A DNA stretch of 64,000 bases, taken from positions 1-64,000 of IMG/VR virus record IMGVR_UViG_3300005732_000005. One strand, 5' to 3'. The first letter of the stretch is position 1. Each line of letters starts with the position of its first letter. Below the pieces are notes generated by a model. The model searched no databases. It saw only the letters and a program-made list of their open reading frames with translations, and had not been told where the DNA came from. This document shows positions 17,631-27,886 of the stretch, one piece after another. The position numbers and the translations under genes are program-made. This DNA is from a virus.

Positions 17631-18287
17631 TTATTTATTAAAGATGGCTAAGTCGTCAATATACTTATCGAAGTTGTCTAGGTAATAGATTGCCCTTTCG
17701 TCAACCTGTCCTCTGTAAGTATCTGCTAAAATCTTTGCCAGTTTTATCTTATGTGCTCGGTAAAGTTGATAACCTTCTTCAGCGGTGTCTGTTCTGCCAA
17801 GAGTCTTATTCTTACCGTTCAACTCTGCACAAGAGACTATGAATTTACCTCCTGATTTAGTGTAAGTGCTTTGCCAAGAGACACCTGCATAACCTGTGAC
17901 ATTCTTAGCTCCTTTTCTAAAAGTAAGGAAGCTGTTCAGGGTTGCAGGAATAAACATACAAGTTTCAGGAGAGTATATCTTCTTACCCTTATCTAAAAGA
18001 TGGCATCCAATATCCTTATCTAGGCTCCAACCTTCCTCATTAAAACCTACTTGATGCCTTGCCCATTCTACAAAATAATTATAACTCTTAAATCTATTGT
18101 CTAGCACTACTTCAAGGTAATTAGGTCTGTGTTGTTGGGTTTTCTCGTTATTACACCTTACAGACATCTTATGAAAATAGGAATACTCTTTAGTTTTATA
18201 ATTTTTACCCCCTTCTTTGTAGGACTTAGTGTAATTTCCATCAATCCTTAATTCAGATAACTTCCGCACTCTGTGATCTTTTCTCAT
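17631..18287 (-). CDS. free-standing HNH-type homing endonuclease
   Basis: M..RC, LDKDI...KIYSPETCMFIP..LN motif with C-terminal AP2-like region. Confidence 0.75.
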   Translation of the reverse strand: MRKDHRVRKLSELRIDGNYTKSYKEGGKNYKTKEYSYFHKMSVRCNNEKTQQHRPNYLEVVLDNRFKSYNYFVEWARHQVGFNEEGWSLDKDIGCHLLDKGKKIYSPETCMFIPATLNSFLTFRKGAKNVTGYAGVSWQSTYTKSGGKFIVSCAELNGKNKTLGRTDTAEEGYQLYRAHKIKLAKILADTYRGQVDERAIYYLDNFDKYIDDLAIFNK

Positions 18288-18288
18288 A

Positions 18289-19092
18289 CTACCAATTACC
18301 ATCTTCTTCAAATACACGAGTCAAGTGGGCAGTGATACCTTCACGACAACTATCTTTAGGTGTGAACCTTACAATACCTGCAAGTTCGTGAGGATGTTCT
18401 TCTAACTTCTCAGAAAGATATTCTAAACCATTCTTTTCTTTTAAGGCAGATTGCAAATTGTCCCCACAAAGTAAAAGTTGGCAACCAAATTCCAATCTCG
18501 TTGTTACAGCTTTTGCTTGTGCAATGGTACAAGATTGAAATTCATCGCAAATAATGATTGTCTTTTCGTTAAAGGACATACCTTGTATCTTTTCTACAGG
18601 GACAATCTGAATACCATCTGCATCTGCAAACAGTTCATCAAAACCATCAAGCTTAAAGTTGTTCCGTAAGATACCTACGCCTAAATACTTCTTAATCTTC
18701 ATAAGCATGGACATACAGAATGGAAGTAATTTTTCAGCATCGTTACCTTTTGTAGCACCATAATCTGCCCCTAAGTGCTTATACGGACGAGTTATTACAA
18801 TATTATCAACACTTCCCTCTAACCAGCGTTTACAGGCCCACCAAACAGCTAATTCTGTTTTACCAACACCACTGCTACCAAACAAACCGATAAGTTGTTT
18901 TTCTTTAAACATATTCAGTGCAATCTTCTGGTTCTCACTCTTGGCCGTCAGAGGTATAATAGATTTTACACGATCTTCTTGGAACTTCTCCTTCACCACA
19001 CGACCACCTCCATCATTTTTCTCGCTTTTAGGTTTTCTGTTTTGGTGTCTAGTCACTTGTGAATCATTACTGTTTCTTTTCTTACGTCCCAT
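18289..19092 (-). CDS. phoH: PhoH-family ATPase
   Basis: GSSGVGKT, ITRP, QG.SF...ICDEFQ, TRL...LLCGD..QS. Confidence 0.85.
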   Translation of the reverse strand: MGRKKRNSNDSQVTRHQNRKPKSEKNDGGGRVVKEKFQEDRVKSIIPLTAKSENQKIALNMFKEKQLIGLFGSSGVGKTELAVWWACKRWLEGSVDNIVITRPYKHLGADYGATKGNDAEKLLPFCMSMLMKIKKYLGVGILRNNFKLDGFDELFADADGIQIVPVEKIQGMSFNEKTIIICDEFQSCTIAQAKAVTTRLEFGCQLLLCGDNLQSALKEKNGLEYLSEKLEEHPHELAGIVRFTPKDSCREGITAHLTRVFEEDGNW

Positions 19093-19102
19093 AATCTTCT
19101 CC

Positions 19103-19588
19103 TCAAAAAGGTTGTTTTATATAAGATTCATCTTTGATCTCGATATACACATCATAATCGTTTTCTAAATAATCACTCATCTCCTTCCATACTCTTTCAA
19201 AACAAACCTTACTGTTCCAAACTTGAAACTCAGGATACTTATCTAACAGCCCCTCACCTACAATAATGCAGGCACTACTTGAGTCTGAGTCGACCCCATT
19301 ATGGAGATATACATACTCAAAGTTAGGAACGTCCTGCAACTCAAGATGCCAATCGAACCAATCCCTTGTCGCACGATACCTCTTTGTCATAGGTGACAAC
19401 GCTTTACGCTTCTTTACAGAGTATACTCCTGCAGGAATACGTGTCTCATGCATAACCTTTTCTTCTTGATACTGGTCTTCCACTGTGAAGCACAGAAAGT
19501 TCATATCATTATCGTAAAGAATACCTCCCGTCGCACTACCTGTATCGTGAAACCTCACTAATGTGTAAGTAACTTCATTATTCATCAC
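19103..19588 (-). CDS. DUF5675-family putative peptidoglycan hydrolase (endolysin candidate)
   Basis: TVED...KV..ETRIPAG.Y, L.DVPNF.YVYLHNG...S.ACIIVG. Confidence 0.65.
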   Translation of the reverse strand: MMNNEVTYTLVRFHDTGSATGGILYDNDMNFLCFTVEDQYQEEKVMHETRIPAGVYSVKKRKALSPMTKRYRATRDWFDWHLELQDVPNFEYVYLHNGVDSDSSSACIIVGEGLLDKYPEFQVWNSKVCFERVWKEMSDYLENDYDVYIEIKDESYIKQPF

Positions 19589-19763
19589 TCAACCCTCTAC
19601 TCAAGTCAAACACCTCTCCCAAACGTTCTATCAACTCTACAGGGTCAACATTGTCAGGGATATTCTCCTTACATTCAAAGTTAACATTCTCTCCAACACG
19701 TTCATAACGGAAATAATCACTCTCGGCAACCATTACGTTATTGCAAATTTCAATCTTCATCAA
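19578..19763 (-). CDS. hypothetical protein
   Basis: ORF. Confidence 0.55.
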   Translation of the reverse strand: MMKIEICNNVMVAESDYFRYERVGENVNFECKENIPDNVDPVELIERLGEVFDLSRGLSDE

Positions 19764-19858
19764 TGTTCTCCTCTCCAGAAGGTTGTTGTTTAGAAGAAGC
19801 CCTTTTCAGAGCTACCTCCAGTAATCGTTTTCGGCAAAGTTTCTTTTGCTTCTTACGT

Positions 19859-20950
19859 TTATGCTTCGTATTCAAATTTTAAATCTTCTGGAACATCATT
19901 AACAAAACCTTTAGCTACATAATTTGCATTTTGTGCCTCTTGGTTTGCTACAGCAATAATATCTTGTTGAATATAGTTCTTAATCCAAGGAAAAGGGTTT
20001 TCCGTTACAACTTTAAATTTAAACGGTAACTCTAGTCTGTCGTAAACTTTCTTGGCTAACATGAGAACATAATCTTTTAGTAAAGAAGAATTAAAACCTA
20101 CAACACCGTTCACATTATCAAAAAGAGTATCTGCCCAAGCTAGTTCGTGTTCTACGAAAGTGTCAAGTATCTTTGCAATCCCTGCATCATCCCATTCTTG
20201 CCACTTTTCCTTGTTCTTAATAATGTTTAATTGAAGAACCACATTATTAACGTGGCTAATAGCTTCATCATTATTAATTAGTGCAACAGCCTTGCCAATA
20301 CCATTAAAACGGTTAGTGCTTTCACACAAGGCAAATGTTGCAGCAAAGCTTGATAAGAACATAATACCTTCTAGTCCTAATAAAGATACTAATGTCTTAA
20401 GGCAAATCTTCTTTTTCTCTGATTCTGAATACTTGCCAGTATCTAAATTATCTACCATATCCATATGGTCTTTGAAAGCATACAACACTTTGCCTAGTCT
20501 ACGAATAACATCTTCATCTTTCTTGATACGTTCAATCATCTCATTAGGATCATCAAAGCACTGTGCAATAATACGTCCGTAAGTATCCTCGTGAACGTAT
20601 TCAGAATCTCCGTGATAAGAAATCAAACCTTTCAGGTAAGGATTACTTGCGATAGGCAGGAACAGTTGTTGAATAGAACCTGATGCAATGCTGTCTGCTG
20701 CCATCTGGAAAGATAATGTTCTTATCATCATCTCTCGCTCATCTTCAGTGACCTTCTGCATATCTTCGTAATCTGTTGTGAAGTCAATTTCATCACTTGT
20801 CCAGAAAAGTGACCTTTGTTCTTGGTCTGCTTCTCTAATTTCAGGATAAGGGATGTTAAAACTGTCAAATATACCTAAGTCTTCTCCAAAATACAAAGGA
20901 TAGTTTCCTGTCTGGTTACCTGAATTATTGATATTGAAATTCTTACTCAC
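19859..20950 (-). CDS. nrdB: class I ribonucleotide reductase beta subunit
   Basis: FW..DEIDF..D, D, E..H...Y radical tyrosine, LEGI.F.SSFA, DE...H di-metal ligands. Confidence 0.9.
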   Translation of the reverse strand: MSKNFNINNSGNQTGNYPLYFGEDLGIFDSFNIPYPEIREADQEQRSLFWTSDEIDFTTDYEDMQKVTEDEREMMIRTLSFQMAADSIASGSIQQLFLPIASNPYLKGLISYHGDSEYVHEDTYGRIIAQCFDDPNEMIERIKKDEDVIRRLGKVLYAFKDHMDMVDNLDTGKYSESEKKKICLKTLVSLLGLEGIMFLSSFAATFALCESTNRFNGIGKAVALINNDEAISHVNNVVLQLNIIKNKEKWQEWDDAGIAKILDTFVEHELAWADTLFDNVNGVVGFNSSLLKDYVLMLAKKVYDRLELPFKFKVVTENPFPWIKNYIQQDIIAVANQEAQNANYVAKGFVNDVPEDLKFEYEA

Positions 20951-20965
20951 TTAATACTCCTCTAA

Positions 20966-23610
20966 TTATAATGAACAACTTTCACAATCTGGTGCTTTAC
21001 CTTCGTCACCTCTTCCTGTCTTACTCACAGAGTAATATAATGTTTTAACACCCATACTATTTCCATAGTAGAAGTTTTCGTGCATCTCTTGCTTAGATTG
21101 CTTCTTGTTCTTGTATTTACTGAAATCTACATAAGTATCAGCACTGATAGTTTGGTCTGTAAATTTCTGAACAATAGCATAAAGGTTTAGAATATCTTTG
21201 TGATCTAAGTCATAAGCAATCTCATAATTATACTTATCACTATCAGGTGCAAAGAACTGAACCTTACCTTTCTTACTATCTTTATATACAAGAGTGTTTC
21301 TTGCTGGATAGATACTGTTTAATCCACCAGAAGCTAAACTACTTGACTCACAAGGCATATGGCAAGCAATAACACTAAACCTTACACCACTCTCCTTAAT
21401 ATCCGCTGCTAAAGATTTCCAGTCATAAATATAGTGGTCTTTAACAAGCTTGTCAACATTCTTATTGTAAGTTTCTAATGGTGTCCAACCTTCTGACCAC
21501 TTAGTCTTATCAATGAATTCAAAAATGCCACGTTCTTTAGCAAGCTTCACACTAGCTTTTAATAGATAGTAATAATGCCTCTCTGACACTTCGTGTAAGA
21601 ATTGTAAATCTTTATAAGACTTACCTTCTCGTGCTACAAGTGTTGCTAAGTTTGTCATACCTACTCCAACACTACGATAAGCTTGTGCTGTAGCGCGTAA
21701 TTGAGGGAAAGGGTAATCCATATTCTCAATTAGATTATCTAAACTCTTTAATACAATGTAAGCCGTTTCCTCATAATCTTTGTCATCTTCGATGTTAGCA
21801 ACATCAATAGCTGATAAGAAACACTGTGCTGTAACACCGTCACCTTCTTCATACTCTGTTTTATACAACTCTGTAATATGATTATAAGGTTTTGTTGGTA
21901 ATAAAACTTCCTGACCATTTATCCCTCCATTTTCATGGGGCGTGGACTATATCATCACCTGTTCTAGGTGTTGGGCGCTAATGTGGTTATTAAGCTCTCA
22001 AGCTCCACTAGTCTCTGAACGTTCTCTATCCTTAGAGCTTCGCTGCTGATTGGCATAGGTAACCCCTTAGCTTTCCAGCAATTCACCCAATTTTTCAATA
22101 CATATTCCTATGTAAAGCTGCGTCAATTTCACAGATTTGAAAGTCTTATTGTTTCTTTAAAAGGTGTATGTCGATTACCTTCTGTTACGTTATATCTGTA
22201 AAGTCTTCCTGTCTCAGATCTAACCTCTAAGTAAAGATCTACAATGTCATAAGCACTTACCTCTACTTTCCTTGCATTATCATCTGCAAGTATATTGTCC
22301 ATAATCTCTGTAAAGCGAGTTAAATCTTTAGAATAAAACTCTTCGTAAAGTTCAGGATAATCTGCACGACTTACTAAAGCTACCTTTTCACGTCTAGCTG
22401 CTCTACGTAACACATCGTGATTCACTCGGAAAGAGTAATCTAACAATTCAATTCTACGTTCTTCTGGACTACGTGGGAGCTTCAATCGTAACAAGTTTTT
22501 AATCTCAGGGTCAATACATTCGAAGCTCACTGTCGCACTACCACCTCTGGCAGATTGTGTCACCTCTTTCACGATACGGTTAAGAGTTTTATAATGTGGA
22601 AGTTTGCCACCTGCCTTAGCATAACCATTTCTGACATCATCTTTTGGACTACGGACATCGTATTCAACACCCAAACCTGCACTAGATGCTGTTGCCATAA
22701 AGGCTACGTGCTTAGAAGCTTCAATACCGTGTAAACTATCGCCTGCAGTTGTAATAACACAACTTACTCCGATGTTACTCTTTGTTCGTTGACCTGATAA
22801 TACTGGAGATGGAATGTTAATCTTATTACTACGTGCTTTATGGTAATACATAATAACATCATCTAAGCTATCTTTTTCCATCAAACTCATAGCAACACCC
22901 ATATACATATACTGAGGTAGCTCTACAAGCTGGCCTTTACCGTCATATTTTAAATATTTATCTATAAATTGACGAATAGTTGGGTAACCGTAGTTAAGGT
23001 CGTAATCGTGGTCAATGAAAGATGCTAAATACTCAATATCTTCTTCGGAGTAATTCATCTCTCTCCAATGACCTTCTGAAACAGCCCACTCATAAAAGTC
23101 CACAAAATCTTTGGGGGCAATTGAACTATTTCGTAAATCACCTAGTAACAAACGACCTGCAACTTTATTGTGTTGATAATCTTCTTTATCTAAACAAGCT
23201 TGGATTAAAGCATCTTGAACAGTTTTAGAAGATACAATACCATCTGGTAACTTCCTAACTGCACTCATAGCAATAGATGACCAATTAACATTATCTGTAT
23301 TTGCTACTGCCCATACTGCCATAGAATTTAGCTTATCTGCTGACCATTCTTCTTTACTGCCGTCACGTTTTAATACGACACGTTTATTAAGCAAATCACC
23401 CACAGTATTAGCACTGTCGCTTTCTCCGTGATATTCACCATTAACAAAAATTTGTGGAACAGTTCGGAAACCTTGGTTACGGATAAACTCAAAAGAATCT
23501 ACATCTTCTGAAATGTCTACATAGTTGTATTCGATACCTTTACTATCTAAAATATTTTTAGCCTTATCACAGAAAGGACAATTCGGTTTACCATATACAA
23601 CTACTTCCAC
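20966..23610 (-). CDS. nrdA: class I ribonucleotide reductase alpha subunit with N-terminal glutaredoxin and ATP-cone; two exons (23610-22131, 21915-20966), 809 aa spliced
   Basis: CPFC Grx domain, KRDG ATP-cone, PSP..SG, SCV, RGGSA, spliced SNL-C-QE, MPCESSS, DQTISAD, KTLYY, terminal CESC. Confidence 0.9.
21916..22130 (-). mobile_element. group I intron (IA-like, ORF-less, 215 nt) in nrdA
   Basis: 5' exon ends in U (CUGU|) pairing with GCAG (P1); UUGAC pairs with 3' exon GUCAG (P10); P AAUUGCUGGAAA, Q AAUCAGCAG, R GUUCAGAGACUA, S GAUAUAGUCC; terminal G; removal restores frame and the catalytic Cys codon. Confidence 0.93.
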
Positions 23611-23843
23611 TATTCTACCTCCCCAAAAATACCCATTTCAGCCAAAGTTCTCATTACACTAAGATTTACCCATACAAATTTTTCTTTATTTTCCCAAGCT
23701 ACTTTAATATCTTCCACCAAATCATCAATATCCTCTTTGTAGTTAAGGTTTTCGATATCATCTGACATTGTGTAAAAGGTATCTAAACTTTTCAACACTG
23801 GATTAAAATATTCACTTGTTAATTCAAACTTATCTTCCATCAT
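23610..23843 (-). CDS. hypothetical protein
   Basis: ORF. Confidence 0.65.
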   Translation of the reverse strand: MMEDKFELTSEYFNPVLKSLDTFYTMSDDIENLNYKEDIDDLVEDIKVAWENKEKFVWVNLSVMRTLAEMGIFGEVE

Positions 23844-23849
23844 ATACTC

Positions 23850-24032
23850 CTATTGTTCATCCCAACTCTTTGCACAGTATTCTTGCATATCATCTGCCCA
23901 CTCTACACTACCACGTTTATTAAAAGCTTTCCACCCTTCAAAGTGAGCCTTATCTGTAAAAAGGTGGCTACTTCGGGGAATAACTATCTGCCGTTCACCG
24001 CTCATACTACTCAATTCTAATTTGCTTTCCAT
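23850..24032 (-). CDS. hypothetical protein
   Basis: start at MESKL after AGGAG; TTGACA promoter at about 24088. Confidence 0.6.
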   Translation of the reverse strand: MESKLELSSMSGERQIVIPRSSHLFTDKAHFEGWKAFNKRGSVEWADDMQEYCAKSWDEQ

Positions 24033-24114
24033 AATTCTCCTGTTCTGTAAGTGGACAAGTATTATTACATTAAGAACAACACTTGTCAAGATAGTTTTTG
24101 TGATTAAGAGTTAC

Positions 24115-24348
24115 TTACAGCAAATATGTTCTAACTTCTTTACCTGTGCTGACAGCTTCACCTTTTATCACTAAAAGATCATCCTCTCGCCAATAGTTAG
24201 TATCGCCTAGTAAAGTCTCGTCTACATTGTAATAACCACCACCATCTTCATTAAGTTTAGTTTCTAATTCAGATTTGGTCATCACTTCTACATGAGTATC
24301 TCCGTCACTGTTACTTATTACAAAATAATTATCTTCTTTCACAATCAC
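24115..24348 (-). CDS. hypothetical protein
   Basis: ORF. Confidence 0.6.
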   Translation of the reverse strand: MIVKEDNYFVISNSDGDTHVEVMTKSELETKLNEDGGGYYNVDETLLGDTNYWREDDLLVIKGEAVSTGKEVRTYLL

Positions 24349-24593
24349 ACCTCATAAACATCTAAATAAAAAGAACCTTTAAGTTTATCATACACTACAA
24401 AGGTTTCTACCTCACCACTACCAGATTGTTCTTTAAACCTGTTAATCCTAGTTTCCCATTTGGTATCTTTAATACTTACTTTAATAGATTCTTCTTTTAA
24501 TAACTTATTCAGGTTATTATCACCAATTAACTTTTCTACATCTTTCAATTTAACAATGTATGAAATTTCTTTGTTCACATTTTTCTCCTCCAC
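24345..24593 (-). CDS. hypothetical protein
   Basis: ORF. Confidence 0.55.
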   Translation of the reverse strand: MEEKNVNKEISYIVKLKDVEKLIGDNNLNKLLKEESIKVSIKDTKWETRINRFKEQSGSGEVETFVVYDKLKGSFYLDVYEV

Positions 24594-25081
24594 ACTTGCA
24601 CACTTGCTTCAAGTTCACCATTACCCACATCAAGTTCTTCCCCAACTTTCTCAAATTCAGAGAGGTCTGGTTTGAAGAAAGTATCTGCTTCTGGGTAAGA
24701 TTGTCTTACTGTTGTTATATGGTATTCGTCAATAAGGTGTTCCATTTGTTTGTAAACACTACCACCACCTATGAGGTATAAATCCTCGTCAGGATCTATC
24801 AACATACCTAAGATTTTCATATTACAAAATTCTGTAAAATATCCATCCCCGTGACTTACACTTCTTGTATTATGGTCGTTTGTTAAGACTATATTATACC
24901 TAATAGGGAGTCCTAAGTTGAAAGGTAAACTTTCAAAAGTCTTTCTCCCCATCAAAATAGTTTCACCAATAGTCTGCTCCTTAAAATATTCCAAATCTTT
25001 CGGCAAACTTCTTCCCCAAGGCATATCACCTTCCTGACCAATTTCTCCATTGAGGCCGTGTGCTAAGATTGCTTTAATCAT
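24575..25081 (-). CDS. dfr: dihydrofolate reductase
   Basis: IG..GDMPW...P.DL.YFK..T, MGRKTFESL, R.NIVLT, IGGG.VY, ADTFF. Confidence 0.92.
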   Translation of the reverse strand: MIKAILAHGLNGEIGQEGDMPWGRSLPKDLEYFKEQTIGETILMGRKTFESLPFNLGLPIRYNIVLTNDHNTRSVSHGDGYFTEFCNMKILGMLIDPDEDLYLIGGGSVYKQMEHLIDEYHITTVRQSYPEADTFFKPDLSEFEKVGEELDVGNGELEASVQVWRRKM

Positions 25082-25277
25082 TGTGCAGAGTTACCTTGTG
25101 CTCTAGTCCATAACAAAGACTGATAAAATCTTCGGCATAATAGAGGTTTTCGGGGTCATCTAAGGATTGCACAATATATTGTGAACCTTGATTATCTTCC
25201 CACACTAATCTTCTTGCAATATCGTCGGTCTCATCACCTTTGAAAACTTCTATAATTTTAAAATTCTTGTCCATCAT
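25074..25277 (-). CDS. hypothetical protein
   Basis: ORF. Confidence 0.6.
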   Translation of the reverse strand: MMDKNFKIIEVFKGDETDDIARRLVWEDNQGSQYIVQSLDDPENLYYAEDFISLCYGLEHKVTLHND

Positions 25278-25283
25278 CTTCTC

Positions 25284-26120
25284 CTAATCAGTTATCATTT
25301 CAAAACCAATCTTACCAAGATGTTCATAACCTGTCAACTTAAAATATTCTCGTGCATGCCAATCTGGTACATAAATATCTGACATCATATTGATTTTAGA
25401 GTTTACTTCAACAACAGGATTGATGTCAAGCGGTTTACGCTTCAACATTTCATAGACACCTTCCAAATGTGGCTCGTAAATGTGTGCGTTGGTTATATTA
25501 TGTTTCACAACTCCTTGTTCCAAACCTGCAATATGGGAGAGTATCTTATTCTCAATCCATAAACTGAATGCGTTAAAAGGTTTCCCAACCGCATAATCTG
25601 CAGATCTTTGCGTTGCCCTTGTATGTAGCTTCCCGTCTAGAATAGTATAAATTGTTTGGAACAAGCATGGGCGTAGACATCCCTTGTCAAACAACTCTGG
25701 CCTCCAGAAATTCATTATCAGTCCACGGTCATCTTCGTGCATAGCTATCTTATTCAACAATTCTGGAATTTCATGAGGTTCTGTAGCCGCACCATACACT
25801 CGACCCATATCGTCAACACCTTTACAATAAGGTTTATTTTGCCACGAATCTTTGTTGGCATCCTTGAACCAAGTAGGGCTACCTATATCTGCAAACTGTT
25901 GTGCATTACAATAAGCTCTCCAATACCCAACCCTCTCTGCCCAACTGCTTACTGGGAAGCATTGTTTTACTGTTAACAAAGACACATCTTCAGGTTTGTA
26001 GGTGAAATCTAGGAAAGGAACTGTTAAACAATCCACTCCTGTTCGCTGATTCTTAATCCACTTACCTTCATCTAAGATATACTGTAACGCATCTAGATAA
26101 TCTTTTTCATATTTTAACAA
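25284..26120 (-). CDS. thyA: thymidylate synthase
   Basis: RTG, MGRVYG, LRPC, QRSAD...G.PFN, NAHIY..H. Confidence 0.9.
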   Translation of the reverse strand: MLKYEKDYLDALQYILDEGKWIKNQRTGVDCLTVPFLDFTYKPEDVSLLTVKQCFPVSSWAERVGYWRAYCNAQQFADIGSPTWFKDANKDSWQNKPYCKGVDDMGRVYGAATEPHEIPELLNKIAMHEDDRGLIMNFWRPELFDKGCLRPCLFQTIYTILDGKLHTRATQRSADYAVGKPFNAFSLWIENKILSHIAGLEQGVVKHNITNAHIYEPHLEGVYEMLKRKPLDINPVVEVNSKINMMSDIYVPDWHAREYFKLTGYEHLGKIGFEMITD

Positions 26121-26420
26121 CTACATTCTCTCCTCAATAATCCAGTTAATACTTAAGAACTCAAACTCTTTCAAATTATAAAATTCTGGGTCGTATGGGT
26201 TCTTTGTAAGATTTTTCTCTATCATCAAGTCATACCTATTATCCTGACACCATTTCGTCCAGACATCCCAACAATCTATATGGATCACTATCTTTGTAAA
26301 GGTATCTAACTCTACTCGATATGTGTTGTTTCTAAAAGGTAATAACTTATGTGCAATATCTATTGTCTGGTCAACGATGTCAATATAACCTAGACAATCT
26401 TCAAATTTTTCAATCTTCAT
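26121..26420 (-). CDS. hypothetical protein; its RBS overlaps the R'' box of attC1
   Basis: GTTAGGAGAAGAA-ATG on minus strand. Confidence 0.65.
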   Translation of the reverse strand: MKIEKFEDCLGYIDIVDQTIDIAHKLLPFRNNTYRVELDTFTKIVIHIDCWDVWTKWCQDNRYDLMIEKNLTKNPYDPEFYNLKEFEFLSINWIIEERM

Positions 26421-26426
26421 TTCTTC

Positions 26427-26483
26427 TCCTAACAAATTAATTAAAGGGACAAGACAAGCTTGCCCGTTATTGTAAAGTTACAC
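26427..26483 (+). mobile_element. integron attC site 1 (57 bp)
   Basis: TCCTAAC-AAATT-AATTAAAGGGACAAG..CTTGCCCGTTATT-GTAAA-GTTACAC; stem with two extrahelical bases. Confidence 0.75.
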
Positions 26484-26525
26484 CCCAATCCCCTCAACCA
26501 TTCACCCTTTTAAGGAGTAAATTTT

Positions 26526-26792
26526 ATGGAACACAAGATAAACCCTGACGATATAACTAACTTTTATCTAGTAAATGTTGAAACAGGTAAACATTTCGAG
26601 GGTTTCGATAAAGATACTGTAATATCTTCCCCGCTACCACCTAAAACAGGTGAATACTTAAATCAATCAGGTTGTTATTTTGAGGTTGTAGGTATTCTTC
26701 AACACTTTGATCAGAACCTTGTAGAAGTTTTCGCAAAAGGTTTAGGTGATAGCTCGGCTTTTCTAAGATACCTACAAAACAAAGTTCAGTAA
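26526..26792 (+). CDS. cassette-borne hypothetical protein
   Basis: AAGGAG RBS; opposite strand to flanking phage genes. Confidence 0.75.
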   Translation: MEHKINPDDITNFYLVNVETGKHFEGFDKDTVISSPLPPKTGEYLNQSGCYFEVVGILQHFDQNLVEVFAKGLGDSSAFLRYLQNKVQ

Positions 26793-26965
26793 GTCCAAGT
26801 AGGACTTTTTACTGCGTGTCTATATAATTCTTCATAGGCACGTTCATTCACAGTTTCACGGTACTCTGTGAGCAAAGGTACAACCTTATCTAAGATTTCT
26901 TTTTGCTCTAAAGTTTTCTTACCAAGAGCTTTTTGTAAATCTAATAAAATATGATCTAATTGCAT
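26786..26965 (-). CDS. small convergent ORF (59 aa, MQLDHILLDLQKALG...)
   Basis: Hand-translated; AGAGGA RBS; 3' end overlaps 26526-26792 by 7 nt. Confidence 0.55.
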   Translation of the reverse strand: MQLDHILLDLQKALGKKTLEQKEILDKVVPLLTEYRETVNERAYEELYRHAVKSPTWTY

Positions 26966-27066
26966 AATAAATTTTCCTCTAAATAAATTAATAAAAGTGT
27001 AATCTATTGTAATAAGTGTTTGTTTTAACTTGTGGTAAATTGTTCGCTTTAAATGGAGCTTTTGTT

Positions 27067-27453
27067 ATGAAAACCCTTTATAAAATAGACAAACACTTAT
27101 CAGACAAATTACTAAAACATATGTTTAACTCTTATGTTAATCACAGAGGAGAAACAACAGGAAGTCTATCTGACTATTGCTTCAACCCTCTATCTGAAAA
27201 CACAATACCTGAGTTACTTACAACCAATGAAAGTGGTAATTCTGTTAATAAAACCTCTGATTATTTCAGGGACTTTGAAAAACGTGGCTTACTTACTCAA
27301 AACGGAGTTTGTTATTACTTGACTGAAGAAGGTTACAAACAAGGTCTAAAGGTAAGTCAGCCTGTAAAACAATTCTTAAAAACACAGTGGAAATGGTATT
27401 TACCTGTAGTCCTTTCTTTAGTTGCCGCTACCACAGGAATACTACGCTTATGA
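27067..27453 (+). CDS. cassette-borne protein, possible winged helix plus C-terminal TM anchor
   Basis: GGAG RBS; RGLL...YYLTEEG wing-like motif; WKWYLPVVLSLVAA hydrophobic tail. Confidence 0.65.
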   Translation: MKTLYKIDKHLSDKLLKHMFNSYVNHRGETTGSLSDYCFNPLSENTIPELLTTNESGNSVNKTSDYFRDFEKRGLLTQNGVCYYLTEEGYKQGLKVSQPVKQFLKTQWKWYLPVVLSLVAATTGILRL

Positions 27454-27511
27454 TAGTTATTGCACACATCCACCAAGCTATGTAGACATCTTCATCCTCT
27501 TTCTTACTCAA
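27428..27511 (-). CDS. small hydrophobic convergent peptide (27 aa, MSKKEDEDVYIAWWMCAITIISVVFLW)
   Basis: Hand-translated; TTG start with AGGGG RBS; overlaps 3' end of 27067-27453. Confidence 0.35.
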   Translation of the reverse strand: MSKKEDEDVYIAWWMCAITIISVVFLW

Positions 27512-27553
27512 AATATACCCCTATATATAAATTACATAAACAAATATAATGTG

Positions 27554-27611
27554 GTGTAACAAGTGGTTAAACTAGGAATCGCTTCGCTCTCCTGTTAACC
27601 AAGCGTTATAA
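27554..27611 (+). mobile_element. integron attC site 2 (58 bp)
   Basis: GTGTAAC-AAGT-GGTTAAACTAGGA..GCTTCGC..TCCTGTTAACC-AAGC-GTTATAA; two extrahelical bases. Confidence 0.88.
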
Positions 27612-27643
27612 CCTACACTATCAACCCTGAAAGGAGTTTTAGA

Positions 27644-27886
27644 ATGTCCTATTACAAAGAACCTTACCATTTCAAGGCAGGTTTCCATCCAAAATGTCCC
27701 AACTCAGAATGTAAGAGTACTAATATAGATATATCACTTTCCGAACACCTGTACGGTCCTGCTAATGGTAATTATGAAGTAATATACTGTAAAGACTGCC
27801 ATACATTCTTAGGTGCTCATCCTGTAGTAATTCAAAATCTACATCCAGATATTAAAGATGAGGATAAGATCAAACTGGGTGACTAG
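27644..27886 (+). CDS. cassette-borne zinc-ribbon protein
   Basis: AAGGAG RBS; CPxxxC and CxxC pairs. Confidence 0.7.
   Translation: MSYYKEPYHFKAGFHPKCPNSECKSTNIDISLSEHLYGPANGNYEVIYCKDCHTFLGAHPVVIQNLHPDIKDEDKIKLGD

Larger units (their letters stand above)
26478..27605 (+). mobile_element. integron gene cassette A (about 1.13 kb)
   Basis: Starts G/TTACAC; its attC begins with the exact complement GTGTAAC. Confidence 0.75.

Noticed and set aside
20966-23610. nrdA as a pseudogene or naturally split gene
   Set aside because: A group I intron explains the break and restores frame and the catalytic Cys.
26990-27050. Fourth attC between cassette units 1 and 2
   Set aside because: Only a GTGTAAT remnant; no convincing stem or R' box, so not called as a feature.
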